Of a DNA stretch of 64,000 nucleotides, positions 13,410 through 25,800 are shown in pieces. The stretch lies in the NCBI RefSeq assembly GCF_037042905.1, contig NC_087246.1:8186001-8250000 (forward strand). Reading direction: 5' to 3'. Position 1 is the first letter of the stretch; every line of letters starts with the position of its first letter. The notes beneath the pieces were generated by a model. It searched no databases. It was not told the DNA's origin and saw nothing but the letters and a program-made list of their open reading frames with translations. This stretch comes from Lytechinus pictus (Eukaryota). The position numbers and the translations under genes were made by a program.

Positions 13410-16400
13410 ATGGAAGCATCCAATTTAAGTGAACTGGTTAATCAGGAACTACTGCAACATGCAAAATCAATATATGAGGAGCAAGGATCATGTGAGTATG
13501 ATGGGTTTCCAAATAAATTTACTCATGAATGAGATGATTGATCCATGATTTCTCACCTTGTTAAAAAGTTGTGCTACAAATGATGCACCAAGTGCTTATT
13601 AAAACAAGTACAGAAATATCAATTTTATATTACAGTTCATTATGGGAATCCATATGAAAATGAAATAAAAAATATTAAATAGTAATAGATACTACTTGCA
13701 ATACATATTAGCTCTGGGCCCATTGTCCATGCAACATAAAAGATTGATATAATCAGTTGCTCCACTCGGCAATGATGTAAGTCTATGGATATTAGGATTT
13801 CACGGAATTCACGAAAAATCACTGTGTCCTTACAAAATAGCGGGTATTATCGACGAGAGAAAGGTTATCGATATCGCTAAGTGGCAAAAAACAAGTGATT
13901 ATCGTCAAGACTAGCGATAAAGACGTTATCGATAACAGCCCTAGAATTTTCACATAGCTGTTTCATCGTGTTTTAGAAATTTGAACAGTTGCCATTTGAT
14001 GATTGTACATTGTGACAGTTTTTTTTTCCTTTTTGATTAAATTTTCAGTGACGGATGATATCCTCTCTGCGTAAGTAATTAACATCTTTTTGCTGCACTG
14101 AAGTTTTGCCATTCATACTTTTTGTTTAAAATGTTCAATATTGTGTATGAGGCTATTTTTCCTGATGATTTCTAATTGCAAATTTGAAGCCCTTCAATCA
14201 TCATAACAGTTGTGATATTTTTGATATTTTGAAGGCTATCATGTAAATAGCGCTTTTTAAATCTCATTCTAACCAATGTAAATAAGCTAAAAAGTTCATG
14301 AAACAATGTAAATACATGGCAAAGAATAAATCAGTTTAAAATGTTTTATTAAACTTACATTTGACCTGAACAGATTTACGTACAAATTTAACAAAATCTT
14401 GATTAACTTTAATTCATTTCATTAAAAAATGCCAAGATGATCTTTGAAGGTTTCCATGGTGGAGAGAATATTGGAGGTTTTTACGGTAGGCCTAAACACC
14501 ATGTATGTAGTCCTGAAAAGGACTGTTTGTTATTCTTTCTTGATTGTATGTTAGCTCTGAAAAGAAAAAATAAACAGTCCTTTTCGGGACTACATACATG
14601 GTGTTTACCGTAAAAACCTCCAATAAAAAAAATGCTGTACTGACTTGTTTTAGTGGTGGGATATGAATTGGTGTGTTGGACTCATTTGGATGTCCATTGA
14701 TGACAATTTTTCTTTCTTTGTTATTTCCCTTGATAATAGACTTCATTTTATGTTTGGACCTCCTCTTCTACAAGCCCTGGATTTAGTTGACCATCAGAGT
14801 GTTACACTGATTAAAAGTGAACCCGCAGGCAGAATAGTGTATCAGGTAATAACAGGCACCAGATAGAGCTTCACAAGCCTCTTGATTTGGGATATTAGAC
14901 AGTCCCCCCTTTTACCATAGATTTTTGTATGCTTTTACATACACATTCCCATATCCTCTGTCAAGAACCTCCCCCCCTCCCATCATTCTTGTTCTAGCTA
15001 GCAGCTTCATACTATCAGTTTTGTATATTAATTAGTGACCAAAGCGACAAATATGGGGCCAGTTGCAAAAAACAAACATTACATTGTGTAAGTTTGAATG
15101 ACATAATTTTGTTTGCCAGTGTGTTTTTATGGAAAAGGTTTTATGCTACAGGCCCCAGGGCTTGAATTAACCCAATGATTTCAAAGGTCATGAATGTGAA
15201 TGTCCTTATGATTGACCTCAGTGCTCTTCTCATTGGCCTCGGAGACTTGCTGCTCTTTTTTTTTTCATTTTGTGTCATAGGATATATCATGTGCCTTATC
15301 GAAAAGTGGCCTTACCCTAAAGAGACCCGAGAGATCTCTTGCTAATATTAGTTTTCATTATTTTCCGCAAGGGGGGGGGGATTCCTCTCAATTTTCAAAT
15401 GTTGTACTTGTCTACTTGAGCCTATGGGAGAGGGTTGTCTTGTCACCCTTCTCCATATAGACCAAAAATCGTATGAAATCGCCACATATGAACATAAGTC
15501 CGATATTATTTCTTCAATTTGATTTCTTGTATTACTCTTATCTGTCTGACTCATATTCTGTCATTATTGTTTATGTACAAGTGAATCTCTTACAATGATT
15601 TCATTTTGCAGGTTGTAGGTAGCTCTGGAAGTCCATACCTTTGCCTACCGAGTGCTGGATATTGCCCTTGTCTCTTCTTCTCATTTGCAGGTAAGTACTA
15701 TCTGATCATGAATGCAGATCATATATGATTCAAACATATTTCAAGACTCAAATCTACATATACCACTCTCCATCCATGTATGAAATGTAATGTATTATGG
15801 ATAATATGGAGTTTTAAATCTATTTGAAGGAATACTTCCATCTTCTAATTATGAATTCCAGATACCTGATCTTGTTTTTGAAAGCTTTTGTGTAAATGTA
15901 TGAAATAAATTATATTTCTAAATCCACTTTTGGTGAATTCCTTATGTAATGCTCAGTAGTGTTCAGTAAAGTTTGCAGGATTTTATTAATGATAATAATA
16001 ATAATTAGACTTATATCGCGCCAAATCCACTCTGTAGAGTGCTCAAGGCGCTTTTTAGGAAATTATAAAAGAAGTTAAGAAGAATTGAAGAGAAATGTTT
16101 TAAGGTAATGTTTGAAAGTTTCAGAGGTCAAGCACTGCATGTTTGATGTTTTCAGGGAGGCTATTCCATAACTTAGAGGATGAGTAAACAAATGATCTTT
16201 CCCCCCAGGTTTTGGAAACTTTGGGGGTAACAAGAGAATTGGAAAAGGAGGAACGTAAGAATCTTGAACAGATATTATATATATTACCATTACCATTATA
16301 TTACCATTATTTATTTGGTTTTAAAACATAGAAATTGTAGAATGTAAATTACAAAAATACAGTTTGAATAATTACATATGAATACATGTAAAGGCTTGGT

Positions 16401-17430
16401 CCCACTGCACTTACGTGATGCAGAGGATGTAAAACAGAGAAGAATCTGGCTATCCGTTGGAAAACGTTATGTATCTGTTGTGTACTCTGCATGTGTTTCA
16501 TATGCTCTATATCCATCGAGCATCCGTCCACTGTGATTTTATTGTTAGCCCATTTTGTTATTTGTCTGGAGCTGATGAAAAATTTTGCTTGTCCTCTGTA
16601 TCCGTTAATATGTTTTGTGTCCATCGGCCAGTGGGACCAGGCCTTCAGTAAAGAAGTAAATTATACTGAATTTGTCATATGTATAAATTTATTTTATTCA
16701 GTCCTTTATGATATACATGTTTATTTATTCAACATTTCACAGTAATCAAGAGGAAAGAGGTTCCCATGGTAAGCAAGCTGTTTGTTTATGATCAATAACA
16801 TATACAATATTATAGTGTTCATTATCGTATTATCCTGTTTTTCACAGGGGAAACTAGTGGTCTGTGGGATCATAATTAATGTTCTTTGTATTGTTCAATC
16901 ATACACTCATCCCAAGTCCAAGGAATTTGCTGTAAATTTGTTTAAAAATTGAGTTGAGCTATAATCTGGGTTAAACGCTAATGTTCACCCACATAGCAAT
17001 GGATTTAATTCTCTTTGTTTTGTTGAAATGATGGAAAACTAAGAAATGAACTAAATAATCAAAAGTTTTTTTAGAGGGATGGTTCTTCGCTTTTTCTAAG
17101 TTGGTCTAATTTATTGTCTAGTTTAGTTAAAGCATTGTATATGTATGTCTTAAAGTCTCTTATAAATCTCCCGTGGGTCAAGTGCTCCCCATGGAGCAGA
17201 AAATGTACATTGACTCTCTGCATAGGTCAAATCTCTTTATTGGTGTAGGGTAATAATATGTAATAGTTATCAATATATTGAAATCTGTGTTTTGTTACTT
17301 GCAGTGTAAGCACATGCTTGCTATACTGCTTGCCTCTGCTATGGGTCTGGTGAAAGAGACTTCTGAATCTGATCATCATGTGACCAACCTCCTCCTTGAA
17401 GCTGCAAAGACAGATGTGGAGCCATCTTGA
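13410..17430 (+). CDS. ZSWIM7: SWIM-type zinc finger protein 7 (SWS1, Shu complex), about 146 aa, 6 coding exons
   Basis: Exons 13410-13491 (MEASNLSELVNQELLQHAKSIYEEQGS), 14049-14070, 14740-14845 (LHFMFGPPLLQALDLVDHQSVTLIKSEPAGRIVYQ), 15612-15690 (VVGSSGSPYLCLPSAGYCPCLFFSFA), 16743-16768, 17305-17430 (CKHMLA...). All introns are GT-AG and in frame. The SWIM motif CxC...CxH is present. Confidence 0.93.
14468..14625. repeat. Small palindromic MITE-like hairpin
   Basis: ~55-bp arms TATTGGAGGTTTTTACGGTA...GGACTGTTT / AAACAGTCC...TACCGTAAAAACCTCCAATA. Confidence 0.8.
15992..16165 (-). mobile_element. Short L2-type LINE 3' end
   Basis: Minus-strand ...FKHYLKTFLFNSS* followed by a GCGCC...GGCGCG stem and (ATT)n tail. 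Confidence 0.6.
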
Positions 17431-19139
17431 AGAAGGTAATAGTCATTTATTGGTGCTGGTAAGACTGATGTGGACGTATTTTGAATGAAGGATGTCCTGG
17501 ACTTAGCCGCTAAGAATGATATAGAATCGTCTTGAAGCACTAAGCCGCTAAGAATGATAAAGAATCGTCTTGAAGCAAGTCTTAGGCTCTTTTTCTTGGC
17601 AGCGAGGATTGGTGTAGAGCCCTTCTGAATGAGGGCCAGGACTTATGTCCTCTTAGGGAATAGTCCTACTACCATTGCTTTGATTGAAATAATGTATGCA
17701 GGAATAAACTGAACTAATTAATAGAAAAGAAGATGTGGTAGCGTACCCCAAAATTGAGCTGGGGGACATTGTGGTAACGGTAAATAGCATAGCAGTATAG
17801 TGTGATTTGCTTAGACTTCTACAGTACATGTAGCTTTACTGACTTTTTCCGTCAGAAGTAAGCCACATCTCTTACTCTTGAGATAATGTTAAAAGCACTC
17901 CCAGAATTACCAGTACACAATATCTAAACACAGTGAAACACTGTACAAATTGCATTTGATAAATTAGGAAGGAACTGCAGTAAAACATTTTTGTAATTTG
18001 ATACATTCCTGATCCTAGGTCTTCATAATCTTTATTATATTTCAATCCAGGGGTACTTCATAAATGTGTGTGTATTGATGTTATGTACCACATGAATTTG
18101 GTAAGAAAAATTCTTGTTGACAGCTATTATCAGTCACATCAGTGAAAGCAGAAAGATGCCTTCCAGAACTTCACACTACATTGTAGTTTGAATAATCATC
18201 AAATGCATAATATGTTCTCAGCCATCTTTCTGTCCCATTTATTTGTACAGTTATGCATAACTTAACACATTTATAAAACTCTCATGCCTACATGCTCGTC
18301 TTATGAAAAATTACACTTCATTTGGATCAAATTTGAGATTTGATTTCTATCTACTGAATTAAAAAAAAGATAATCAGAAGTCTTCAAGAAACTAGCCCCA
18401 GGTGCAATAAGATTTCTGCTGTGAAAGTTCATTTGGATATTTCCAAGAAAATTGATATAATCTTGAGCGATGGGTTTGTATTCTGAAGTCGAGTTTAATT
18501 TAAACTCTGGTCTAAAGCCAGTTGTGAAATAAATCTCTCATGGTACATGCTCAATTTATCTGCTCATTTGACATTCAAATAATTATTAACTACCTGTAAA
18601 TAGTAACTTAAAACAGTTTACTTCATCATTCTTATTAAAAAGTACATTAAACATTAGAACAATGTAATCAAATTTGTGACATTTTTTATTTTTCAGCTTC
18701 CTATAATTTTAGCCCAGAGTTAGACCATGGTTTTAAATGAAATGGACTGCAGAATATAGGCCTTTGACTTTAAAAAAAGTTTGCAAAGTCTACCTGTTAT
18801 GTTGACCAAATATTTTTAGTTTGAAAGCACTCACGCAGATGACTGAATCCAGCATGTTTGTTTTGTTTGCATGTGCTCATCCAGTTTCAAAGTGTTTCAA
18901 CTTTCAAGTTAATTAAAGTTACATGTATATCACATGATGTTGTACAAAATACCAGCATTTATATTCTCCTAGGCTAAACTTGGAGTCCTAAGTGCAGTTG
19001 ATGTTGTCAAATGCTATGTATTCTCTTTTGCTTTGATGAAGAGTGTTGAAACTACAGAAATGAAGTGAAAAAAGAGAGGACTACAGGGACAGAAAGAGAG
19101 AAAAAAAGAGAGAAAGGGGTTTATTTTCAATAGTTAAAA

Positions 19140-19475
19140 TGCCAATTCATCCAATTACCAACTCGTCTACTATCATTTGGTCTACCATCAGTTTGTCTAC
19201 TATCCACATGGTCTAATTGCCATTTGGTCTAATAACCAGTTGGTCCAATTGCCATTTATTCCATGTACCATTTGGTATAATTGAAGTGTTATTTGGGCAA
19301 AATTAATGAAAATAAAATGGGCATTAGACCAACTGGTTATGAGACGAAATGGTCATAGACGAAGTTATGATTGGACCAAATGATTGTTAGACGAATTGTT
19401 CGAATGGAATGGCATTAGACTATTAAGGAAGATCATGTGATAAGTGAACGAGATGAAAATAGACGAATTGACAAT
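19140..19475. repeat. Foldback-like repeat of ~16-bp subunits (CCATTTGGTCTAAT-type then reverse complement)
   Basis: Left half has GGTCTA/GGTCCAAT units, right half has TAGACC/TAGACG units. The same family is fragmented at 51380-51775, 52930-53100 and 53830-54000. Confidence 0.65.
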
Positions 19476-19564
19476 TTACCAAGGGGTGGGGGGGGCATCA
19501 GCAAAACACCGGGGACAAAACATGAAACCATACAAACAGTTATTGTTCACAGGTTAAGTGTGAA

Positions 19565-19817
19565 TTGGCATTTTAAAAGTTCAATGTTAAGTTCAACAAA
19601 CTATTGTTGTTTTAGATCATCATCCCTTGGTATTCACTCTCTGTGTGCACTGGGATGTTTACATTGTTGAATTATTCTAACTTATAATAAATGTGAGGAA
19701 GTCGCAGAAGAATTCAACAATGTAAACACTCCAGTGCACTCAGAGAGTGAATACCAAGGGATGATCCAAAACAGCAATAGTTTGTTGAACTTATCGTTGG
19801 ACTTTTAAAATGCCAAG
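19565..19817. repeat. ~112-bp inverted repeat (hairpin), third arm copy at 21116-21226
   Basis: TTGGCATTTTAAAAGTTCAA...ATTGTTGAATT versus AATTCAACAAT...CTTTTAAAATGCCAA. Confidence 0.8.
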
Positions 19818-20445
19818 TTACCAGTGGGGAATTCCGGCAATCAGTTTATGTCCACTTGGTCTACTCTCTGTTTGGTCAAACTTTCATTTATTCTTGTGTA
19901 ACTTTGAAATATTTCACTCTGTCTACTTATTTTGCACATTGTCAAATTAAATTTTTTTTCATAAAATGACCATATAGTCATATACAGAATTAGACTTGAA
20001 GGGTATGGTGTTAAGACCAAATCTATAAACTAGACAAAAATCGGTCACTTTGCTAAATGTAATAAGCCGAAATATTTGTTTTACCAGGAGCGGTGCAATG
20101 GGGGGGGGGGGATGGTCAGGGGTGACCAGCTGCTGGCGACCACCCTCATGATTTTTTATGTTGAAAATATAAGAATGGGACAAAAGGGAAGAAGGAAGAA
20201 GAGAACAAGAGAGGTCTTGGCCGAGTGACCCTGTAATACCCCTATATATTCAATTGAGAATAAAAATATGTTTTATGTCGTGTTGCCGTATCAAATATCC
20301 CGGCATCGCCCTTGAGACGAACTAGTATTAGACTATTGTAGGATGAGCCGTAGATCTGTACCACATAGAAAGTGCACTAACAGGGTGGAGACCAAGTGGC
20401 AGTTATTTACCCACTATTGAATCTCGTTTGGCTCCATGGTGAATT

Positions 20446-21945
20446 TAGCAGCCAATGGTATCCATGACAACATTCTTACAGCAAAAAGTCTGTCTGGCAC
20501 GGTGCCAAACAAGCTTTTTCTTCCATTGTCATTATATAGGAATGTTGAAAACACGAGACATTACAATGAAAATATTGTTTCGGACCTACCAGTACTGGTG
20601 GCATGTCAAGGGAGGCCCCAATTTTCAATTAGGATTGGTGTTGGGATTCTGATCGGATATAAAACTTTTTTTTCTAATCGAGTAATTAGAGCAAAATATG
20701 AAATTGAATAACCCTCTGGCTCATACATCTCTCTTTTTGTCATTTTCTCTACTCTCCCTCTTTTCATAATAAAATACTTGAAAATACTCAGTGTAATACC
20801 AGTTTTCGTTTCCAGGACAGCCTAGCTACTCATTTTTCTTTTTTTTTGCGAAATGATTGGCACCTAACAAATGCCTATGCCATTTGGAGAATAATTATTC
20901 TATCATTTTTCTTACCCGCCCACTCCAACCAGGAGGGACTCTTGCTTTGGGGCTTTTTTAGCAGCAAATAAAATCGGCATAAGATATAGGCCTGTATGAA
21001 ATAAAATGCCATCAGTGTTTCTAGTACTAAAAGGCAACAAGCCCCCTCCACATGGGAAAATTTGAGATTATCATTTTTCATAATGTATTTTTGTTTGATT
21101 TTCGTCTCCAATCATATTCAACAATGTAAATAACCAAGTGCACAGAGCAGAGAGCGAATGCCAAGGGATAATTCAGAACAGCAATAGTTTGTTGAACTCA
21201 ACATTGAACTTTTAAAATGCCAAGTCACGGTTAATAGCAGCCAATGGTATCCATGACAACGCTCCTACTGAAAAGAACGAAGACGGAAGTGTGTCTGGCA
21301 CGGTGCCAATCCGCTTTTTATTCTCTTTATATTGGAATGTTGAAAAAATTATTTTGTATATTAAGCGAACCAACGTGTTTTATAAACAGGGGAGGCCCTA
21401 CATTCCATTTAGGCTGGGTGTGTGTGAGGGGGGTCTACTCTGATATTTAATTTTTTGTTCCAATTCATTAATTAGAGTGCTATGGAATTGATAACCCATA
21501 CACACCTTTCTTTTTTCATTTTCTGTATCCATTTTCCCTTTCTCTCCTTTTCATAAAAAAATACTTGGAAATAATTGAGGCTCCTTGATGGTAAATGAGT
21601 TGGTAAATATATGCCCTACCATCATGTTCGATATAATATTCGTTTTCATGACTGCCTTACTCAAACTTGTTTTTGCGAAATGATTGGCACATGACAAATG
21701 CCTATATGCCATTTGGAGAATAATCATTCTATTAATATGCTTACCCACCACCCCCCCTCCAACCGGGGGGGGGGGGTGCTCTTTTAGCAGCAATGAAATA
21801 GGCAGATATAAATAAAATGCTATCAGTGTGTTTCTAGGACTAAAAGGCAACAAGCTCCCCACCCTCCACATTTTACGAAAATTTGTGATCATTGTTATAT
21901 TTCATAATTTATTTTGGTTGATATTTCGTCTTCTAATCATACTCA
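20446..21945 (+). repeat. Diverged ~790-bp tandem duplication
   Basis: Collinear shared blocks: TAGCAGCCAATGGTATCCATGACAAC (20447, 21235), TTTTGCGAAATGATTGGCAC (20844, 21671), ATGCCATTTGGAGAATAAT (20877, 21706). Confidence 0.8.
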
Positions 21946-22352
21946 AGTTCATTTATTTCTTTAAACTGATAACCAAGAACCATAAAGACAGACCACCTAA
22001 TAAAGAAAGAAAATTCTGACGAAATTATGAGGTGATCTGTCATAGACAGACCACCTAATAACACGAGGAAGGTGACTTTCTCAAAATTTTCTCGCTTTGT
22101 TGTTGGTCACGCCCACCTCTCGTAAAGCTAGTCTTAATCCCAAACACTTATTAGTTATGTTTTATCTAGTCGATATATGTAGAGTTTATGATCTAGTCCT
22201 CTCTCAAGATATCCTATTCTAGATATTTATTGTATTGTAATTTCTCATCCAATAAATTGAGATAATCATAAATCAGATTGCCTGAAAGCCTTGAATCATT
22301 CTATTTTTTTCTTCATTGACTGTGCACAGACTATTCCACTAATAATAGGGTA

Positions 22353-22363
22353 GGGGAATCCCC
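22353..22363. promoter_or_regulatory. NF-kB/Rel consensus site GGGGAATCCCC
   Basis: Near-palindromic kB consensus about 440 bp upstream of the ATG of the TNFR-like gene. Confidence 0.45.
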
Positions 22364-22804
22364 GATGAGGTAGTGCGCTCAACGAATTGTTATATTTCTG
22401 TGAGTGCGCTCGTTCACCGTACCCACCCACCCCAAATGAATGAAATTGTGCATGTGACTGCGCTGTCTGTGCATATATGTGTACAGATGATAGTACAGGT
22501 ATGTTATCAGTAAAACAGAATTTGTTTACATCTTAGCAGGGAAGGTCGGCATTTTACTGGCAAGCTTCTGCTTATCGCTGTACTACTTACAGTTACATTA
22601 CGAATGTACCAGCTGAGTTGAAAACAGGTCATCTTACCAAACAAGCTTGCTGAATTAAATACTTTGAACTTAAACTTAAAAATCATTGCTGGAGGAATTA
22701 AGTCCCTAGTACAGGCTACAGAGTGGTTCATAGGCCTACCAGCACAGGTCTATTTGGCTCTTCCTCCTGTCGTTAATTGGACAGACCCTAGATAACATCT
22801 GATC

Positions 22805-25800
22805 ATGAAGCCAGCAGAAACTTGCCGAATCTTCATCATATTCAGCATGTTGTCAGTTTCTTCGACAATTATCTTTCAACCTCCTGAGGCCCCGGCTAAA
22901 GATGGTTCAGGGATTCCCGATGCGCCTTGGCATTCTGACTGGGCTGAAGTTGTTGGGTGTAAGAAAGGGGAGACGCAATCTCGTTTTCCCGACTGCTGGT
23001 GCGGTCAGTATGCCAAAGTTGTGCGAGAAGACGAGGTGCCTTTGGAAGAAATGGAAGGTGAATGGTATCATTCAAAGTTTCGCAAGAATAAAAAGATGTA
23101 AGTAGGCCTAGTAAGCACAAGATTTTACTTTATTTTTCTTTAAAATAAGATTAAAGGGAGAAGTCCGGCATAGGCTTCAGTTTATTTTACTGGGATAATA
23201 TTCAATTATAACATATTTACTGTCACAGTTGATGAGAATGAAAAACGAGGCATTACAAAGCAAAATTCAAAAAATATTTAAATATCAGTGCACGGGCACC
23301 CCATGGCCCGAACAGGTGTTTTTTTTTTGCAAAAACCATGGTTTCATTTGAGTCCACGGTTGAAACCGTGGTTTAGAAACCATCGTAAGTGAATCACAGG
23401 TTTTAGAAACCGTGGTTTTTTAAAACCACGGTTTCTATAAACCGTGGTTTTAAATGAAACCTCCTTTGTGAATTCGGGCCAATGTGTCGATTGCGTACTA
23501 CTACGTATATTACAAGCTTGTTGTGACTCGGGGTTACTCGAGCATGTCGCGTTCGCGCGGATGATAGTCACATGTTGGTTTCATGAATGGCAACTGCGTT
23601 GTCCAATAGGAAAGCTGTTAGAATGTGTTGGTATTGTTATGTTGCACACGGCACTTGTCAATGGTTAAATTTTCTCCGTCTATAGATCTACTCGGCAAGC
23701 AAGCTCCACGTATTTTGGGCAAGTTGCCAGATGTGTACCACGCTTTGTTTTCATGATCAGGCGATCTGCACGAAATATTAGTAAAAAAAAAATTATTAAT
23801 AATAGCTAACGCAAGAACAAGAATTTGTACATATTCAGTGTGGGTATCATCAGGCCTAGATACTAGACTCACTGTCACTGTATCCCACTGTATGCCTTGA
23901 ATGACACAAACCCAATACCTTAAATATTTAGGAAACAAAGTGCTCTTTTTTTTTGGGGGGGGGTTCAAACATTATCTATTGTACAGTTATATCCTGGAGG
24001 CCTTTACCTAACGTAAACAAGGCCAACCGTTTTTTTTTTTCATCATATTTATATATTTATAAACTCCTCAAAAAAGTTTGGAAATCTGACTTTGATCGAT
24101 AATCCATCCTCGGTTTTAGTGAATATTAGTGTGATTGATATCAACGAATAGATCATTTACTTTTTAATTCTCTTGAATTAATACCCTACATGATGGCTCA
24201 CATGGAGGTGCAGTGCCTTGAAATGTCAGGCAAGGTCAAAATTCAAAAGTTGCAAAATGACAATATTGAAAGTCACTGTTTTTTTGTGGTGATGAGTGGG
24301 CTTCTCAGCCGTTTCCGGTTTTCATGCACCTTAACATCAACATATTAACATGGAATCAAACACACCTCTGCACAAAAAACATGCATGGGTATTTCAAACT
24401 ATACTACTCAAACCATGTTATCTCACATAACCATCACTACATATACCATGTGACCACAAATCATCAAAAATGAAGAGGCTGGGGCTTGATTTGAACGGAT
24501 TTTCATCTCTATTGACACAGAGAAAAGAACCATGTTCTGTATTGACCCTTAATGACTATTTCTGCTCGTTTTGCAGCTTTTCAATTCAGACCTCATCCAA
24601 AACTTTTTAATTCTGCTCTTTTCGTGATGGCATGATCATAACAATTAAGCATGGTCTCATTTTAAAGATAATTAAATGATCTTTTTAATGATATCAAATA
24701 TGCATTGTGTAGAATTGGGGGTTGGGAGAATATATATATATATATATATATATAAGCATCTTGGTTTTCCACGTATTGGCAATAATAATAATAAGACATC
24801 AGAAATGCGAAACAAATTCACGAGTAATGCAGTTTTTGAAGTGCCAACAGTTAAGTTCTTTTATTCAATCTCCAAATTTTCGGTAGACATCTACCTTCTT
24901 CAGGGAAGATTCGTGAATTGTGACAAGTTTGAATGACAGTTGTTTTTATTAAAGCGTGCGCGATCTCAGCGGGACTAGGGTACGGGTAACCACTGCTAGC
25001 TGCGCAAAATGCTGTTATGAATGTATAGTGCGCGCTTTTGGGTAATAGACCATTAATGACGTAAGTTACGTAATAATAAAAGAGTATGATTTAGGTTTCG
25101 TAACAATAAAAATATTTCGTAATAATAAGAGTGTCTAACTGAGACCGCGCACGCTGCACATTGCACAGAGAGATCATAATAAACAAGATAGCTGAATTAA
25201 GGAAATTAAGGCAAAGAGGAAAAAGATATGATTATCTATAGAATGTGAATGCGTTAAGCCAAGACAGATCTTTGTTCAGGCCACTTTCAAACGTGCGGCT
25301 TTTGACGATATGTCTCAGCTCAGCCCATTTCCGTTCCTCTGCCGATCTGTATCCTCCGCCGAAGATGCAGACTTTGATATCTTTGACAGAGTGATTAGGG
25401 AGGTTGAAGTGGTCGGCCACTGGAAAGTCCTTTTTGTTTTTGGTGATGGAGCTTTTGTGGTTATTGAATCTGGTGCGAAATTTGGTGCTGGTTTCACCAA
25501 TGTAAGTGACCCCCGGGCATTTGGTACACATTATGCAATACAAGACATTCTGTGCGTCACATGTGTGGTTCGGGGGGTGGACAGTAAGGGACTGAGAAAT
25601 TTTTACTGTGCTATCGGTGGTTAAGTAAGTGCACACTTGGCATCGTGGCTTGCCACATCTTTTGTTGCCTTTTGGGGGCGAAGGTTTGGGCAGTTCGCTC
25701 CTTACTAGTAGCTTTCTAATGCTAGGAGGCTGGCGTTGTGAGTGAAGGGGAGGATCGCCCATAGCGGTAGAGAGTTTAGGGTCAAGGTTGATATTCGCAG

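Noticed and set aside
17428..17630. UGA read-through or selenoprotein extension of ZSWIM7
   Set aside because: In-frame TAA TAG occur three codons after the first TGA.
25140..25180. SECIS element (minus-strand AUGA...AA)
   Set aside because: There is no correctly spaced 3' GA quartet or helix II pairing.
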